From positions 3,863,009 through 3,927,008 of the forward strand of contig OZ244028.1 of assembly GCA_965214925.1 (NCBI GenBank): 64,000 bases of DNA, in the 5' to 3' direction. Positions 1 to 9,996 of this stretch are shown one piece after another. The notes beneath the pieces were generated by a model. The model saw only the letters and a list, made by a program, of their open reading frames with translations. It had not been told where the DNA came from and did not search any database. Position 1 is the stretch's first letter; the number at the start of each line of letters is the position of its first letter. This DNA is from Candidatus Latescibacterota bacterium. Its GTDB lineage: Bacteria; Latescibacterota; UBA2968. A program made the position numbers and the translations under genes.

Positions 1-101
1 CCACAGGTGCGACTGGCTGGCACGCCAAATCCCATCGAAGGTATCAAAGCGCAGATTGAATTGATTTTCAGCCGAAAGCTGGACAAATTGGAGAAAGCCC
101 A

Positions 102-2057
102 ATGAGCTTGGCTTTTGAGACCCCTGTTGCGATTCAGTCCGAAACGCGGGGCGTGACCGCGCGCGCGGTGTTGTTGGGCGTGGTGCTGGTGTGTGTCGAG
201 GTCGCGGTGATTACATTTTCCGAGCCGGTGGCGCGGTCGTCGTCTATGAATGTGAGCCACTTTCCCGTGGGGTTTTTCATGTGGTTTGTGGCTGTGGTTC
301 TGGGTTTGAACCCGCTCTTGACATGGATTTATCCGGGGTACAGGCTCTCGCGTTCTGAGCTTTTGGCGGTTGCCGCGATGGGATTGATTGGGGCGCATAT
401 CCCCGGCAGCGGTCTGTTGGGATTTTTCCTGGGGGTGCTGGCAGCACCTTATTATTTTGCCTCGCCAGAGAATCAATGGGACGCCCTGCTGCATCCGACC
501 ATCCCGTCGTGGTTGGCGCCTTTGAACGCGCGCGGCGCAATGCAGGGGTTTTTTGAAGGCGTACCCTCGGGCGCGATTCCATGGTCCGTGTGGATCATGC
601 CCCTGTTCTGGTGGATGTGTCTGATCGGCGGCCTGACCTTTGTGCTGTTGTGCATCGCGGTGATGCTCAGAAAGCAGTGGGTGGAAAACGAGCGTCTGGT
701 TTATCCCCTGATTTCGCCGGTGTCCGACCTCATCGAAGATGCCAAAGCCGAAGGGGTGTGGTCTGCCCTGATCCGCAACAAGCTGTTTTGGGTCGGATTT
801 TTTTTGGGATTTGGACTGCTGGCATGGAATATCGCGTGGTATTTCTGGGATGCCTGGCCCCGCATCAACTACTTTGGGCGCAAAGACTTGGTGTTTATCA
901 ATGGGTTCCCCGCGATGACCAACCGCGTCAATTTGTACATTATCGGATTTGGTTATTTTGCCAATCTGGATGTGTTGTTCAGCCTCTGGTTTTTCTATCT
1001 CATCTACTGGACGCAGAACGGGATTTTCAACCGCATTGGTCTGGATTTGGGGCCAGGCACGGGCGCGGCGAGTGCATGGGAAAATCTGGGCGCGCTGTTC
1101 GCGCTGGTCTGGTGGGCACTGTGGAGCGCGCGGCAGCACCTGCGAGATGTCGCGCGAAAAGCCATAAATACGACCTGCAGCGTCGATGATTCGGGGGAAA
1201 TGGTCTCTTACCGCACAGCCGTATTGGGCGCGATTTTGGGATCGGGATTTTGTCTGCTGTGGCTGTGTATGGCCGGGATGGCGTGGTACATCGGCGTTCT
1301 GTTTTTGCTCGCCCTCTACGGGGTGTGTTTGGGCCTGGCAAAGGTGGTGTGCGAGAGCGGGTTGCTCTATCTGGCTTGGGGGGTGAGTCCACAGGTGTTG
1401 GTGACCAATCTTCTGGGGTCGGCATCTCTGTCCGGGGGAACTGTGACAACGCTGGCATTTACAGAAGGCATGTTTTTTCACGGCAAGGGCATGTTTATGT
1501 CGTCTTTGGCCAATGGCGCGAAGATGGGCGATCTCGCGGGCACAGATCAGAGGCGACTGGGCAAGAGCATGGGGCTGGCCCTGCTGGTGGGCATTCCCCT
1601 GTGTGTTTATTTGAGCCTGGGATGGGGCTACGAACAGGGCGCGTACAATTTTGGGGGATTTCCCTTTCGCTACGGACGCGACAGCGTGTTTGCGCGCGCG
1701 GTGACCCTGATGCAAAGCCCTCAGGAACCAGCGTCCTCTCGCTTGGGTTTTTTCGGGATTGGCGTGGTGGGCATGACGCTGTTGACAGTGTTGCGCTACC
1801 GCTTGCCCTGGTGGCCCTTGCACCCCATTGGATTTGCCGTGGGTGGAAGCGGTCGGGCGATGAAATCGACGTGGTCTATTTTTATTGCCTGGGCGTGTAA
1901 GTTTTTGATTGTGAAAATGGGAGGCGTCACCCTTTATCGACGATATCGCCCCTTGTTCACGGGGTTGCTGGCCGGTTATTCGCTGGGGGTCGGCGTGTCG
2001 TTTGCCGTGGATGTGTTGTGGTTTATGGGCCGCGGGCACTGGATTCACCTGTATTGA
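102..2057 (+). CDS. Polytopic integral membrane protein of unknown function (651 aa, >12 predicted TM helices)
   Basis: Long ORF with GC-rich codon usage and numerous hydrophobic helices rich in W/F/L/G. No catalytic motif recognised. Confidence 0.55.
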   Translation: MSLAFETPVAIQSETRGVTARAVLLGVVLVCVEVAVITFSEPVARSSSMNVSHFPVGFFMWFVAVVLGLNPLLTWIYPGYRLSRSELLAVAAMGLIGAHIPGSGLLGFFLGVLAAPYYFASPENQWDALLHPTIPSWLAPLNARGAMQGFFEGVPSGAIPWSVWIMPLFWWMCLIGGLTFVLLCIAVMLRKQWVENERLVYPLISPVSDLIEDAKAEGVWSALIRNKLFWVGFFLGFGLLAWNIAWYFWDAWPRINYFGRKDLVFINGFPAMTNRVNLYIIGFGYFANLDVLFSLWFFYLIYWTQNGIFNRIGLDLGPGTGAASAWENLGALFALVWWALWSARQHLRDVARKAINTTCSVDDSGEMVSYRTAVLGAILGSGFCLLWLCMAGMAWYIGVLFLLALYGVCLGLAKVVCESGLLYLAWGVSPQVLVTNLLGSASLSGGTVTTLAFTEGMFFHGKGMFMSSLANGAKMGDLAGTDQRRLGKSMGLALLVGIPLCVYLSLGWGYEQGAYNFGGFPFRYGRDSVFARAVTLMQSPQEPASSRLGFFGIGVVGMTLLTVLRYRLPWWPLHPIGFAVGGSGRAMKSTWSIFIAWACKFLIVKMGGVTLYRRYRPLFTGLLAGYSLGVGVSFAVDVLWFMGRGHWIHLY

Positions 2058-2071
2058 GGAGGATGCGATTT

Positions 2072-3588
2072 TGAAAGGATTCGGTTATGCGCTGGCAGTG
2101 TGGATGCTGTTTGTCTCGCATGTCCGCGCGGTTGAACCGTCGCAGATGGATTCCGTGCTGATCGATATCATCGCGCGCGATTATTACGGGGCTATGGCGC
2201 GGTGTGAAGATGTGATCGCGGGCGATTCGACCGCCGCGGATGCCCACCGATTTTTGGGATGGCTGCAAATTGTGACGCGGCAGGGCGACCTCCGCGAGGC
2301 GGGGGAGAATTTGCGGCGGGCCATTGATGTGAAACCCGAGGATGCAGGTGCCCACAACGACTTGGGCGTTGTGTATGTTTTTCAGCGCAATTTCAGCCCG
2401 GCAATGGCGGCATTTGAGCGGGCAGTCGCGCGCAAACCAGACGAGACGCTCTTTCATCGCAATTTGGGATTTGCGGCTGAAATGGCCGGCGCCTATCCAG
2501 TTTCAGAATCCGCGTTTGAGGCGGTTTTGGCGCGCGACCCCACGGATGACTTGGCGGTTTACGGGTATGGGCTTGCACTGCGCCAACAGGCGCGTTACGA
2601 CGAGGCGTTAGACGCGTTTCAAAAGGCCGTTCACCTGTTTTCAGATCGCAAAGAAGCGCATGTGGAAATGGGAAAAATTTGGATGATGCAGGGCGATTAT
2701 GCGTCGGCCGCGTCGGCTTATGAACGGGCAAAAAAGATCGACTTTGAAGACCCCAAGCCCCACTACGCGCTGGCACAGGCTTATCGACAACTGGGCGATT
2801 CCCTAGCCGCGCGGCAGGCGTGGGAGACGTTCAAGTTTTTTGACAAACGCCACCGGCACGCAGTTCGGGACCAGTACGTATTGCCCGCGCGTTTTGATAA
2901 AACAACCGACTTGCTGGATCGCGCGGAAAGGCTTGTGCGACTGGGGCGACACGAAGATGCCATCGCGGTTTATCAAAAAGCCATCGCGCTGGTGGAAGAC
3001 CCAAATTCGCCCTTGCGGTTCAGTCCAGAGGTGCCCATGGTCTATCTGGCTATGGGCCAGTCCTATCGGGCCTTGGGCGAAGTGAAACGGGCGCGGTGGG
3101 CTTATGATGCGGCTTTTGCGCTCGGCGAAGGGGGCATGGTGTCCGACGAGGCATTGCGACACAGAGCAGATATGTTTTTGTGTACCGAGGGGGTGTCCGG
3201 CGAACACGTGGCGGGGTATGAGCGAATAGTGGCGATAGACCCGATCTCCTATGCCGCGTTCTATATCTACGATCAGATAAGCCAAGCTCAGGTGAAGACA
3301 GGCCATCTGGACACGTGCATCTCGACCTATACGACCAAGGTCGATCAAGTGGCGTATGCCGCGGGATTGCTGGTGCGGTTGGGCGTGGCACAGGCGGTGG
3401 CCGGGGATATCGACGCGGCACAGGCGGTGTATGATCGGGTGATTCAGGAGACACAAGACCCGCGCGGGTTGTATCTCCAATTGTCAATTCTCTATCGCCG
3501 GGCGGGCAGGGCAACAGAGGCCGAGGCGATGGCCGCAAAGGCGCGAGACGAATCTATGAATCAGCGAGTCAATGAGCCAACGAACTGA
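2072..3588 (+). CDS. Secreted tetratricopeptide (TPR) repeat protein
   Basis: Repeated 34-aa TPR-like units (e.g. AHNDLGVVYVFQRNFSPAMAAFERAV, YALAQAYRQLGD). Likely TTG start at 2072, 6 nt after GAGGAGGA, giving signal peptide MKGFGYALAVWMLFVSHVRA. The ORF track's ATG start at 2002 overlaps the preceding gene. Confidence 0.7.
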
Positions 3589-3699
3589 AGCAACGGGGTA
3601 CAGCCCTGGCGTCCCGCCAGAGTTGTACCAGTCCTGTCTGTCTGCCAAATCCTCTACACACGAGCCGAGCCTACGTCAGGATTTTCGCGTCTTTTACTG

Positions 3700-5361
3700 A
3701 TGTTGTGCTTCGCGCGATTTTCATTTTTTATGATGAAGCATTTCACAAAAGACTGCGTAATACCAGCGATGACGCAGGCGCGAAAAATAGCCATTGGCAT
3801 GCTTTTTGTGTTTTTATTCTTCAGTTCCGGTGGCGCGGAACAATTTGTGGAAGTTGCAGAGGCGGCCGGCATATCGTTTGTGCATCAAACGGGCGCGCGG
3901 GGGAACTGGCATTATTTGGAAACCATGGGGTCGGGCTGTGCGGTGTTTGATGCCGATGGGGATGGCGATCTCGACCTGTACTTTGTCAATGGCGAACACG
4001 GGCACGCGGGCGGGGCGAACGCGCTGTATGAAAACAAAGGCGGGTTTCGGTTTTCGGCTGTTTCGACCGCGCCGGGTGTGGGCTATGGCATGGGGTGTAC
4101 GGTTGGAGATTACGACAACGATGGCGATCTCGACCTTTATACGACGGGTTATGATGCCAATGTGTTGTATCAAAACAATGGTCAAGGCGGTTTTATCGAA
4201 AAAAAGGCAGGGGTGGCAGGGGGCGGGTGGTCTTCAGGCGCGGTTTTTTTTGATGCCGATGGGGATGGCGATCTCGACCTGTATGTGGCGCGCTATTTGA
4301 CGTACGATGTGACAACCGAACCCCATTGCGAGCGCGTGGGCATTCGCACCTATTGCGATCCAGGCTATTTCGAAGGTGCGCCGGACTTGCTTTATCGGAA
4401 CAATGGAGATGGCGCGTTTACAGATGTGTCCTTTGAGATGGGCGTGGCAGATGCTTCGGGAAAAGGGCTTGGGGTGGTCAGTTTGGATTACGACGGAGAT
4501 GGGGATACGGATCTCTATGTTGCAAATGATACGACGCCAAATTTTTTGTACCGCAACGCGGGCGCGCGGTTTGAGGATGTGGGTTTGGAGGCGGGGGTGG
4601 CGTTTAATGCCGACGGACAGACGCAGGCGGGGATGGGGGTCGATGTGGGCGACATAGATGGGAATGGGCGACCGGATATTTTTGTGACGAATTTTTCCTA
4701 CGAGACCAATGCGCTCTACCAGAACGAGACGGGCGGATTTTTTATGGAAGTCAGCGTTCCGCGCGGCATTGCCGGGGCATCCCTGTTGCCGCTGGGATTT
4801 GGCGCGCATTTTTTCGATTATGACAACGATGGCGACCTGGATTTGTTTGTGGCGAACGGGCATATTTTTCCAAATGTGACGGCATTTTCCGCGGCAGAGT
4901 CCTATCCACAAGCCGATCAAGTGCTCCGCAACGCGGGCGGCCGATTTGAGGTCGTCAACGCGGGCGTTGAAGCACCGGGGGTGAGCCGCGGGTCCGCCAT
5001 TGGCGATTTGGACGAAGATGGCGATTTGGATCTGGTGGTTCTGCATTCGGGGCAGCGGGCGCGGGTGTTTCGCAACCGAGGTGGGAACAAAGGACACTGG
5101 GTGGTTGTGAAACTGGTGGGCGGCACGCGCTCAAACAGAGATGGGATCGGCGCGGTGGTACACATGACCGCCGGGGGAAAGACGCAGTCGCGCGAAGTGC
5201 GGAGCCAGTCGAGCTATTTGTCGGCGAGCGATTTGCGACTGCACTTTGGGTTGGGGCATGCAAACCGCGTGGAACGGCTCGAGGTGCATTGGCCATCCGG
5301 GCGCGTGCAGGTGTTGAAAGACATCGCGGTGGATCGGGTTGTCGTCGTGGAAGAAAAATGA
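3700..5361 (+). CDS. CRTAC1-family protein: FG-GAP/VCBS repeats plus C-terminal ASPIC/UnbV domain
   Basis: Multiple DADGDGDLDLY / DYDNDGDLDL calcium-binding FG-GAP repeats followed by the ASPIC/UnbV signature (GHWVVVKLVGGTRSNRDGIGAVV...HFGLG). Probable true start at 3769 (MTQARKIAIGMLFVFLFFSSG signal peptide). Confidence 0.8.
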   Translation: MLCFARFSFFMMKHFTKDCVIPAMTQARKIAIGMLFVFLFFSSGGAEQFVEVAEAAGISFVHQTGARGNWHYLETMGSGCAVFDADGDGDLDLYFVNGEHGHAGGANALYENKGGFRFSAVSTAPGVGYGMGCTVGDYDNDGDLDLYTTGYDANVLYQNNGQGGFIEKKAGVAGGGWSSGAVFFDADGDGDLDLYVARYLTYDVTTEPHCERVGIRTYCDPGYFEGAPDLLYRNNGDGAFTDVSFEMGVADASGKGLGVVSLDYDGDGDTDLYVANDTTPNFLYRNAGARFEDVGLEAGVAFNADGQTQAGMGVDVGDIDGNGRPDIFVTNFSYETNALYQNETGGFFMEVSVPRGIAGASLLPLGFGAHFFDYDNDGDLDLFVANGHIFPNVTAFSAAESYPQADQVLRNAGGRFEVVNAGVEAPGVSRGSAIGDLDEDGDLDLVVLHSGQRARVFRNRGGNKGHWVVVKLVGGTRSNRDGIGAVVHMTAGGKTQSREVRSQSSYLSASDLRLHFGLGHANRVERLEVHWPSGRVQVLKDIAVDRVVVVEEK

Positions 5362-5483
5362 CGTTCTTGAGGTTTATATGCGGAGACAAACCATGCTGGG
5401 GAGAGAAGCGCGTTTCCCGTGGACGTGAGGGGTATATACTCCCTTTTCTAACCCGCCAACTGCTAACTGCTTAAGGAATAAAA

Positions 5484-7394
5484 ATGGCTTATATCGACAC
5501 ATTATTTGACCGGTATTTTTTGGAACACGCGTCTTATGTTGTCAAAGACCGCGCCATTCCCGACATTGACGATGGGCTCAAACCCGTACAGCGACGCATT
5601 CTCCACGCGCTCAAAGAACAGGACGACGGCAAATATCACAAAGTCGCCAATGTCGTGGGCCAAACCATGAAATACCACCCGCACGGCGACCAATCCATTT
5701 CCGGCGCGCTGGTTCATCTGGCGAACAAGGATCTCTTCATCGACAAACAGGGCAACTTTGGCAACATCTTGACTGGCGACGAAGCCTCAGCCGCGCGCTA
5801 CATCGAATGCCGACTCACCCCGCTCGCCAAAGACACGCTCTTCAATCCCGAAATCACGGACTACATCGAATCCTACGACGGACGCAACACAGAACCTGTG
5901 GTTTTCCCGGCCAAAATTCCCGTCCTTCTCGCGCAGGGCACTGAAGGCATTGCCCCTGGCATGACCACGCGGGTGTTGTCCCACAACCTGATCGAATTGT
6001 TACGCGCGCAAATCGCCTATCTCCAGGGAAAAGCATTTCAGGTCTTCCCCGACTTTCCCACCGGCGGTCTTGTCGATGTCACCGAATACGCCGACGGCAA
6101 TGGCAAAGTGCTCGTGCGCGCCAAACTCGACACCAAAAATCCCAAACGCATTGTCGTGTGCGAACTGCCCTTTGGATCCACGTCCGAATCCCTCATCGCC
6201 TCCATTGAAAACGCCGCGCGCAAAAACAAACTCAAAATCGCGGGCATCAGCGATTATACGGGTGAACATGTCGAAATTGAAATCTGCCTCGCCCGCGGCG
6301 TGCATGCCAAAGATACCATAGACGCGCTCTATGCTTTCACGGACTGCGAGCAATCCATCAGCACCCACGCCCTCGTCATCAAAGAAAACCGCCCCCACAT
6401 CACCACCATTGGCGATATTCTCAAACACAATGCGGACCGCCTGATCGATGTTCTCACAGCCGAACTCAAAATTGAACAGCGGCAGGTGCGCGACAAATTG
6501 CACGCCAAAACCCTCGAACAGATCTTCATCGAAAATCGCATTTACCAAGCCATTGAGACCGTCTCCAAACCCAGTGCCATTCACACAGCCGTGCGCGAGG
6601 GCCTCAAACCCTTTCAGTCCAAAATCAAACTCAAAGTCGCGCGAGAAGACCTCGACGCGCTCTTGCAAATTCCCATTCGCCGCATTTCGCGCTACGACCT
6701 CGCCAAAGCCAAAACAGACATGCGCGCGCTGCGCGCCCGGCTCAGGGAAATCAAGGCCAACCTCAACAACATCATCGGCTTTACCATTGGCTTCTTAGAA
6801 TACCTGATCGACCAATACAAAGACCAGTACCCCCGCCGCACCGAAATCGCGTCCTTTGATCGAGTTGATGTGCGCGAAGTGGCACAGCGCAATCTCAAGT
6901 TGCGCTATGACAAAAAGACGGGCTACCTCGGTTACAACGTCAATGGCAACGTGCTCATGGATGTCTCGCAATACGATCGCGTGCTCGTCATTCGCAAAAA
7001 TGGCACGTATGCTCTGCACGAAGCCCCTGACCGTCTCTTTGTCGATAAGGGCATGCTCTTTTGCGGCTCGGTCGATTCCGAGCGCGTGTTCACCGTGGTC
7101 TACCGAGAAAAAAAGACCAACTACCCCTGCATCAAACGCTGCGTGCTCGACAAATTCATTCTGAACAAAGGCTACGAACTCGTGCCGCCGGAATGCCGCG
7201 TGCTCAAACTGACGACCGCGCGCGAGGTCTCGGTACACGTATCTTACAAACCCAAACCCCGCGCGCGCATCCTCAAAGAAGAATTTGGCATCGAAGACTA
7301 TGCGATTCGCGGCAAAACCGCCAGGGGCATACGCCTGGCCCCGCGCGAAGTCAAAAGCGTCAAATTCACAAAATCTCGCGCCCAAAAAAAATGA
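5484..7394 (+). CDS. Type IIA DNA topoisomerase A subunit (GyrA/ParC-like), unusually short at 636 aa
   Basis: LKPVQRRIL, KYHPHGD and active-site AARYIECRL (catalytic Tyr) motifs of GyrA/ParC. RBS AAGGAA precedes the ATG. Only a reduced C-terminal beta-pinwheel-like region is present, and no B-subunit gene is adjacent. Confidence 0.8.
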   Translation: MAYIDTLFDRYFLEHASYVVKDRAIPDIDDGLKPVQRRILHALKEQDDGKYHKVANVVGQTMKYHPHGDQSISGALVHLANKDLFIDKQGNFGNILTGDEASAARYIECRLTPLAKDTLFNPEITDYIESYDGRNTEPVVFPAKIPVLLAQGTEGIAPGMTTRVLSHNLIELLRAQIAYLQGKAFQVFPDFPTGGLVDVTEYADGNGKVLVRAKLDTKNPKRIVVCELPFGSTSESLIASIENAARKNKLKIAGISDYTGEHVEIEICLARGVHAKDTIDALYAFTDCEQSISTHALVIKENRPHITTIGDILKHNADRLIDVLTAELKIEQRQVRDKLHAKTLEQIFIENRIYQAIETVSKPSAIHTAVREGLKPFQSKIKLKVAREDLDALLQIPIRRISRYDLAKAKTDMRALRARLREIKANLNNIIGFTIGFLEYLIDQYKDQYPRRTEIASFDRVDVREVAQRNLKLRYDKKTGYLGYNVNGNVLMDVSQYDRVLVIRKNGTYALHEAPDRLFVDKGMLFCGSVDSERVFTVVYREKKTNYPCIKRCVLDKFILNKGYELVPPECRVLKLTTAREVSVHVSYKPKPRARILKEEFGIEDYAIRGKTARGIRLAPREVKSVKFTKSRAQKK

Positions 7395-7419
7395 GCCGAC
7401 CGCGACCGAGTCGGCTCAT
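7391..7419. terminator. Perfect 10-bp hairpin (ATGAGCCGAC-N9-GTCGGCTCAT) flanked by A8 upstream and so by T8 on the minus strand; bidirectional terminator-like element
   Basis: The inverted repeat is read directly. On the minus strand the hairpin is followed by TTTTTTTT, a classic intrinsic terminator. It sits exactly at the parC-like stop and 30 nt upstream of the MTase start. Confidence 0.45.
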
Positions 7420-7450
7420 GATGTATGTGCATCGACATAAGGAAAAATTT

Positions 7451-8893
7451 ATGGCAAATTCTGAATGGACATTGAAAGCGGAATGCGGGAACGAAAAACA
7501 CACTGTACACAGAGACCTGATCAAAAAGAAATACGAGCACCTGATCACCCACAATCCCCAACTCACGAGAACCCTTGTCAGCTTTCAGGCGAATAAAAAC
7601 ACACCGTATTATCGGTGGTTCAAATACAAAGAGGGCTTCTCCGCGCGGATGGTTCACTATCTCTTGAAAACACTGACCGCGAAACAAGGGGCGTTATTGG
7701 ATCCATTCTCGGGAACAGGGACTGCGTTATTTGCATCGCGGGAATTTGGATGGAAAGCAACTGGCATCGAGCTTCTCCCGGTGGGATGTGCGATCACCAA
7801 AGCGAGACAAGCAGCCGATCATGTGGATATGGCAATGCTAATAAAAGAAGTTGAGACCATCGGCAACATCGATTTCTCGACGATCAAATCCAACAACCCT
7901 CCCATTCGGCACATCGCGATTACCAAAGGGGCGTTTTCTCGAGAGACAGAAGATCAACTGAATGGTTATTTAACCTATTGCGAAAATCAGATTGAAGATT
8001 CTCACCTCAAAACCCTGCTTCGTTTTGCGGCTTTTTGCATTCTGGAAAGCATCAGTTATACCCGGAAGGACGGTCAGTATCTGCGCTGGGATTATCGCGC
8101 GGGAAGAACCCGAGTCAAAGCGAAATTTGACAAGGGAAAAATTTACCCGTTCAAAGAAGCACTGCAATTTCAGCTCGATGTGATGGTTGAGGACCTGCTC
8201 CACGATGACATGGATCTTTTCAAACCGAAGAGATTACCACAAAACGGACAGCGCATCCGGTTGATTCAAGGCTCCTGTCTCGAAGAACTGTGCAAATTCA
8301 ACACCGAGCATTTTGATTTTATTGTGACATCTCCCCCGTATTGTAACCGCTATGATTACACGCGCACCTACGCGCTTGAACTGATATTTTTGAACAAGAA
8401 CGAGGAGGCAGTCAAGCACCTGCGACAACAAATGCTATCCTGTACCGTTGAAAACAAAGAAAAAGTGGAATCTCTGAAAACCCAATATGCAAACCGTAAA
8501 GACTTTTTTCAGAAGGTCGTTTCTGCTTTCGAAAACCATCATGCACTTCAGGAAGTCCTCTATTGGCTGAACACATACAAGCGAGAAGGCCAGTTGAACA
8601 ACTCGAATATTCCGCGCATGATCACAAATTATTTTTTTGAAATGGCCCTGGTCATATTTGAAATGAGCAGGGTGCTAAAGCCAGGTGGAAAGGTCGCTAT
8701 GGTCAATGACAATGTCAGGTACGCAGGAGAAGAGATACCTGTCGATTTAATCCTTTCCGACTTTGCAGAGGCTGCTGGCTTATCCACCAAGAATATCTGG
8801 ATTCTGGGGACAGGCAAAGGCAATAGCAGCCAGCAGATGGGCAAATACGGTCGCGCAGAGTTGCGAAAATGCGTGTATATCTGGGAAAAATAA
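7451..8893 (+). CDS. Type II DNA methyltransferase (N6-adenine or N4-cytosine; motif I then motif IV order)
   Basis: Motif I LLDPFSGTGT and motif IV FIVTSPPYCNRYDY, with a large intervening region that is the putative TRD. RBS AAGGAAA lies 8 nt upstream of ATG 7451. The track's longer ORF from 7061 overlaps the topoisomerase gene and is GC-discordant. The gene is AT-rich relative to its flanks. Confidence 0.8.
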   Translation: MANSEWTLKAECGNEKHTVHRDLIKKKYEHLITHNPQLTRTLVSFQANKNTPYYRWFKYKEGFSARMVHYLLKTLTAKQGALLDPFSGTGTALFASREFGWKATGIELLPVGCAITKARQAADHVDMAMLIKEVETIGNIDFSTIKSNNPPIRHIAITKGAFSRETEDQLNGYLTYCENQIEDSHLKTLLRFAAFCILESISYTRKDGQYLRWDYRAGRTRVKAKFDKGKIYPFKEALQFQLDVMVEDLLHDDMDLFKPKRLPQNGQRIRLIQGSCLEELCKFNTEHFDFIVTSPPYCNRYDYTRTYALELIFLNKNEEAVKHLRQQMLSCTVENKEKVESLKTQYANRKDFFQKVVSAFENHHALQEVLYWLNTYKREGQLNNSNIPRMITNYFFEMALVIFEMSRVLKPGGKVAMVNDNVRYAGEEIPVDLILSDFAEAAGLSTKNIWILGTGKGNSSQQMGKYGRAELRKCVYIWEK

Positions 8894-8894
8894 T

Positions 8895-9869
8895 TTACAG
8901 ATCAACCAGCCAGTTCACCAGATTTTCAATCTGTTTTGGTTTACAGAGATTTGCTACGCCAGACAATTTTCCATTCTTCAGGCGTCCGATGATTTCCCGA
9001 GCCATTGCAACCTCTATAGCAGCACCGATAAAAATCAATCCGAGAGAATGAGTTGAAAAACTTCCCGCGATCCGATCGAGAGCGGCCCTTGCAGTCTTCC
9101 AGTGTTCATCCGCCCCAGCCGGATCAATACCTCCCTTTAACTCCCCACACAGGATGTAATTTTCTTTTTTTTTTAACAATGCCCTTATTTCAGTTCGCGT
9201 AAAAATTGTCCTGGGCGTTCTCAATAGTATGATGTCCACATTATTTCCCGTTGAACCGATAAAAGGGCATTTCATATTGAAAGCGAGAATCCTCCCCGGC
9301 CATTGCAAGGCACTCAGACCACTTTCGAGAAGATCTTTAATATCTGTCCCAAGTAGATTCATGAAATTGTGTACTTTTCTATGCAAGTAGGTCACGCCGA
9401 CCCGTTCATATTTCGTCTGCATCCTCGTCAAAAGGTGTGTTACGAATTTTATCTCAGCCTGCCTACCTATATCGTTGCGCTTGACGCCACCGAGTTGCTC
9501 TCCACAATTCAGGGTATAGCGATACAGAATATTCCCGATCACATCCTGCTTAAGCTGGTCCTTCTCTCTTTCGATGACGAGCCTTTTCAATAGTTCTTTT
9601 GTTTTTTTTTGACCAATCGCGCTTCTGGCCTTCTCTGTAAATCCCGATGCGCCAATGAGTATTTCCAAGATCTTTTGATCTTTTTCTGCTGCATCAAGCA
9701 AAGTTTCTAGATCTGATCCTATATGTTCCAACTTGCTTCTGGCTTCAATTATTCTGCTGACAAATGGCGATGCCAATTCAAACTGTCTCATGGCCTGCTG
9801 AAGAAATCCCTCGGCGGTTTCTTCCCATGTGGTCGTGATCTCTGAAGGGTCATGATAAATGGGTTGCAT
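8895..9869 (-). CDS. Putative Type II restriction endonuclease (cognate of the adjacent MTase)
   Basis: 324-aa ORF convergent with the MTase and ending tail-to-tail 1 nt from it. It shares the same low GC. No family could be assigned from sequence alone (GELKGGIDPAGADEHWK region), so the call rests on context. Confidence 0.5.
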   Translation of the reverse strand: MQPIYHDPSEITTTWEETAEGFLQQAMRQFELASPFVSRIIEARSKLEHIGSDLETLLDAAEKDQKILEILIGASGFTEKARSAIGQKKTKELLKRLVIEREKDQLKQDVIGNILYRYTLNCGEQLGGVKRNDIGRQAEIKFVTHLLTRMQTKYERVGVTYLHRKVHNFMNLLGTDIKDLLESGLSALQWPGRILAFNMKCPFIGSTGNNVDIILLRTPRTIFTRTEIRALLKKKENYILCGELKGGIDPAGADEHWKTARAALDRIAGSFSTHSLGLIFIGAAIEVAMAREIIGRLKNGKLSGVANLCKPKQIENLVNWLVDL

Positions 9870-9996
9870 TTGGTTTTCCTTTACATTATGGGCGTGGGTG
9901 ATTTTTCTTTGTGAACTTCAAATTGTCTCTTAACTTGCCATCAGGGATTTTACAACAGACAAGATACGGCGTCCTTTCCCATAGGAGAATTCCAAA

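Noticed and set aside
6000-7385. Minus-strand ORFs (222 aa and 196 aa) inside the topoisomerase gene
   Set aside because: Gly/Phe/Ala-rich low-complexity translations typical of antisense shadows of a GC-rich coding strand. The plus strand has unambiguous GyrA/ParC motifs.
7061-7450. N-terminal 130-aa extension of the MTase ORF in the track
   Set aside because: It overlaps the topoisomerase coding region in another frame and is GC-rich and Arg/Pro-rich, unlike the AT-rich MTase. A good RBS precedes ATG 7451. An alternative coupled start at 7391 is noted in the findings.
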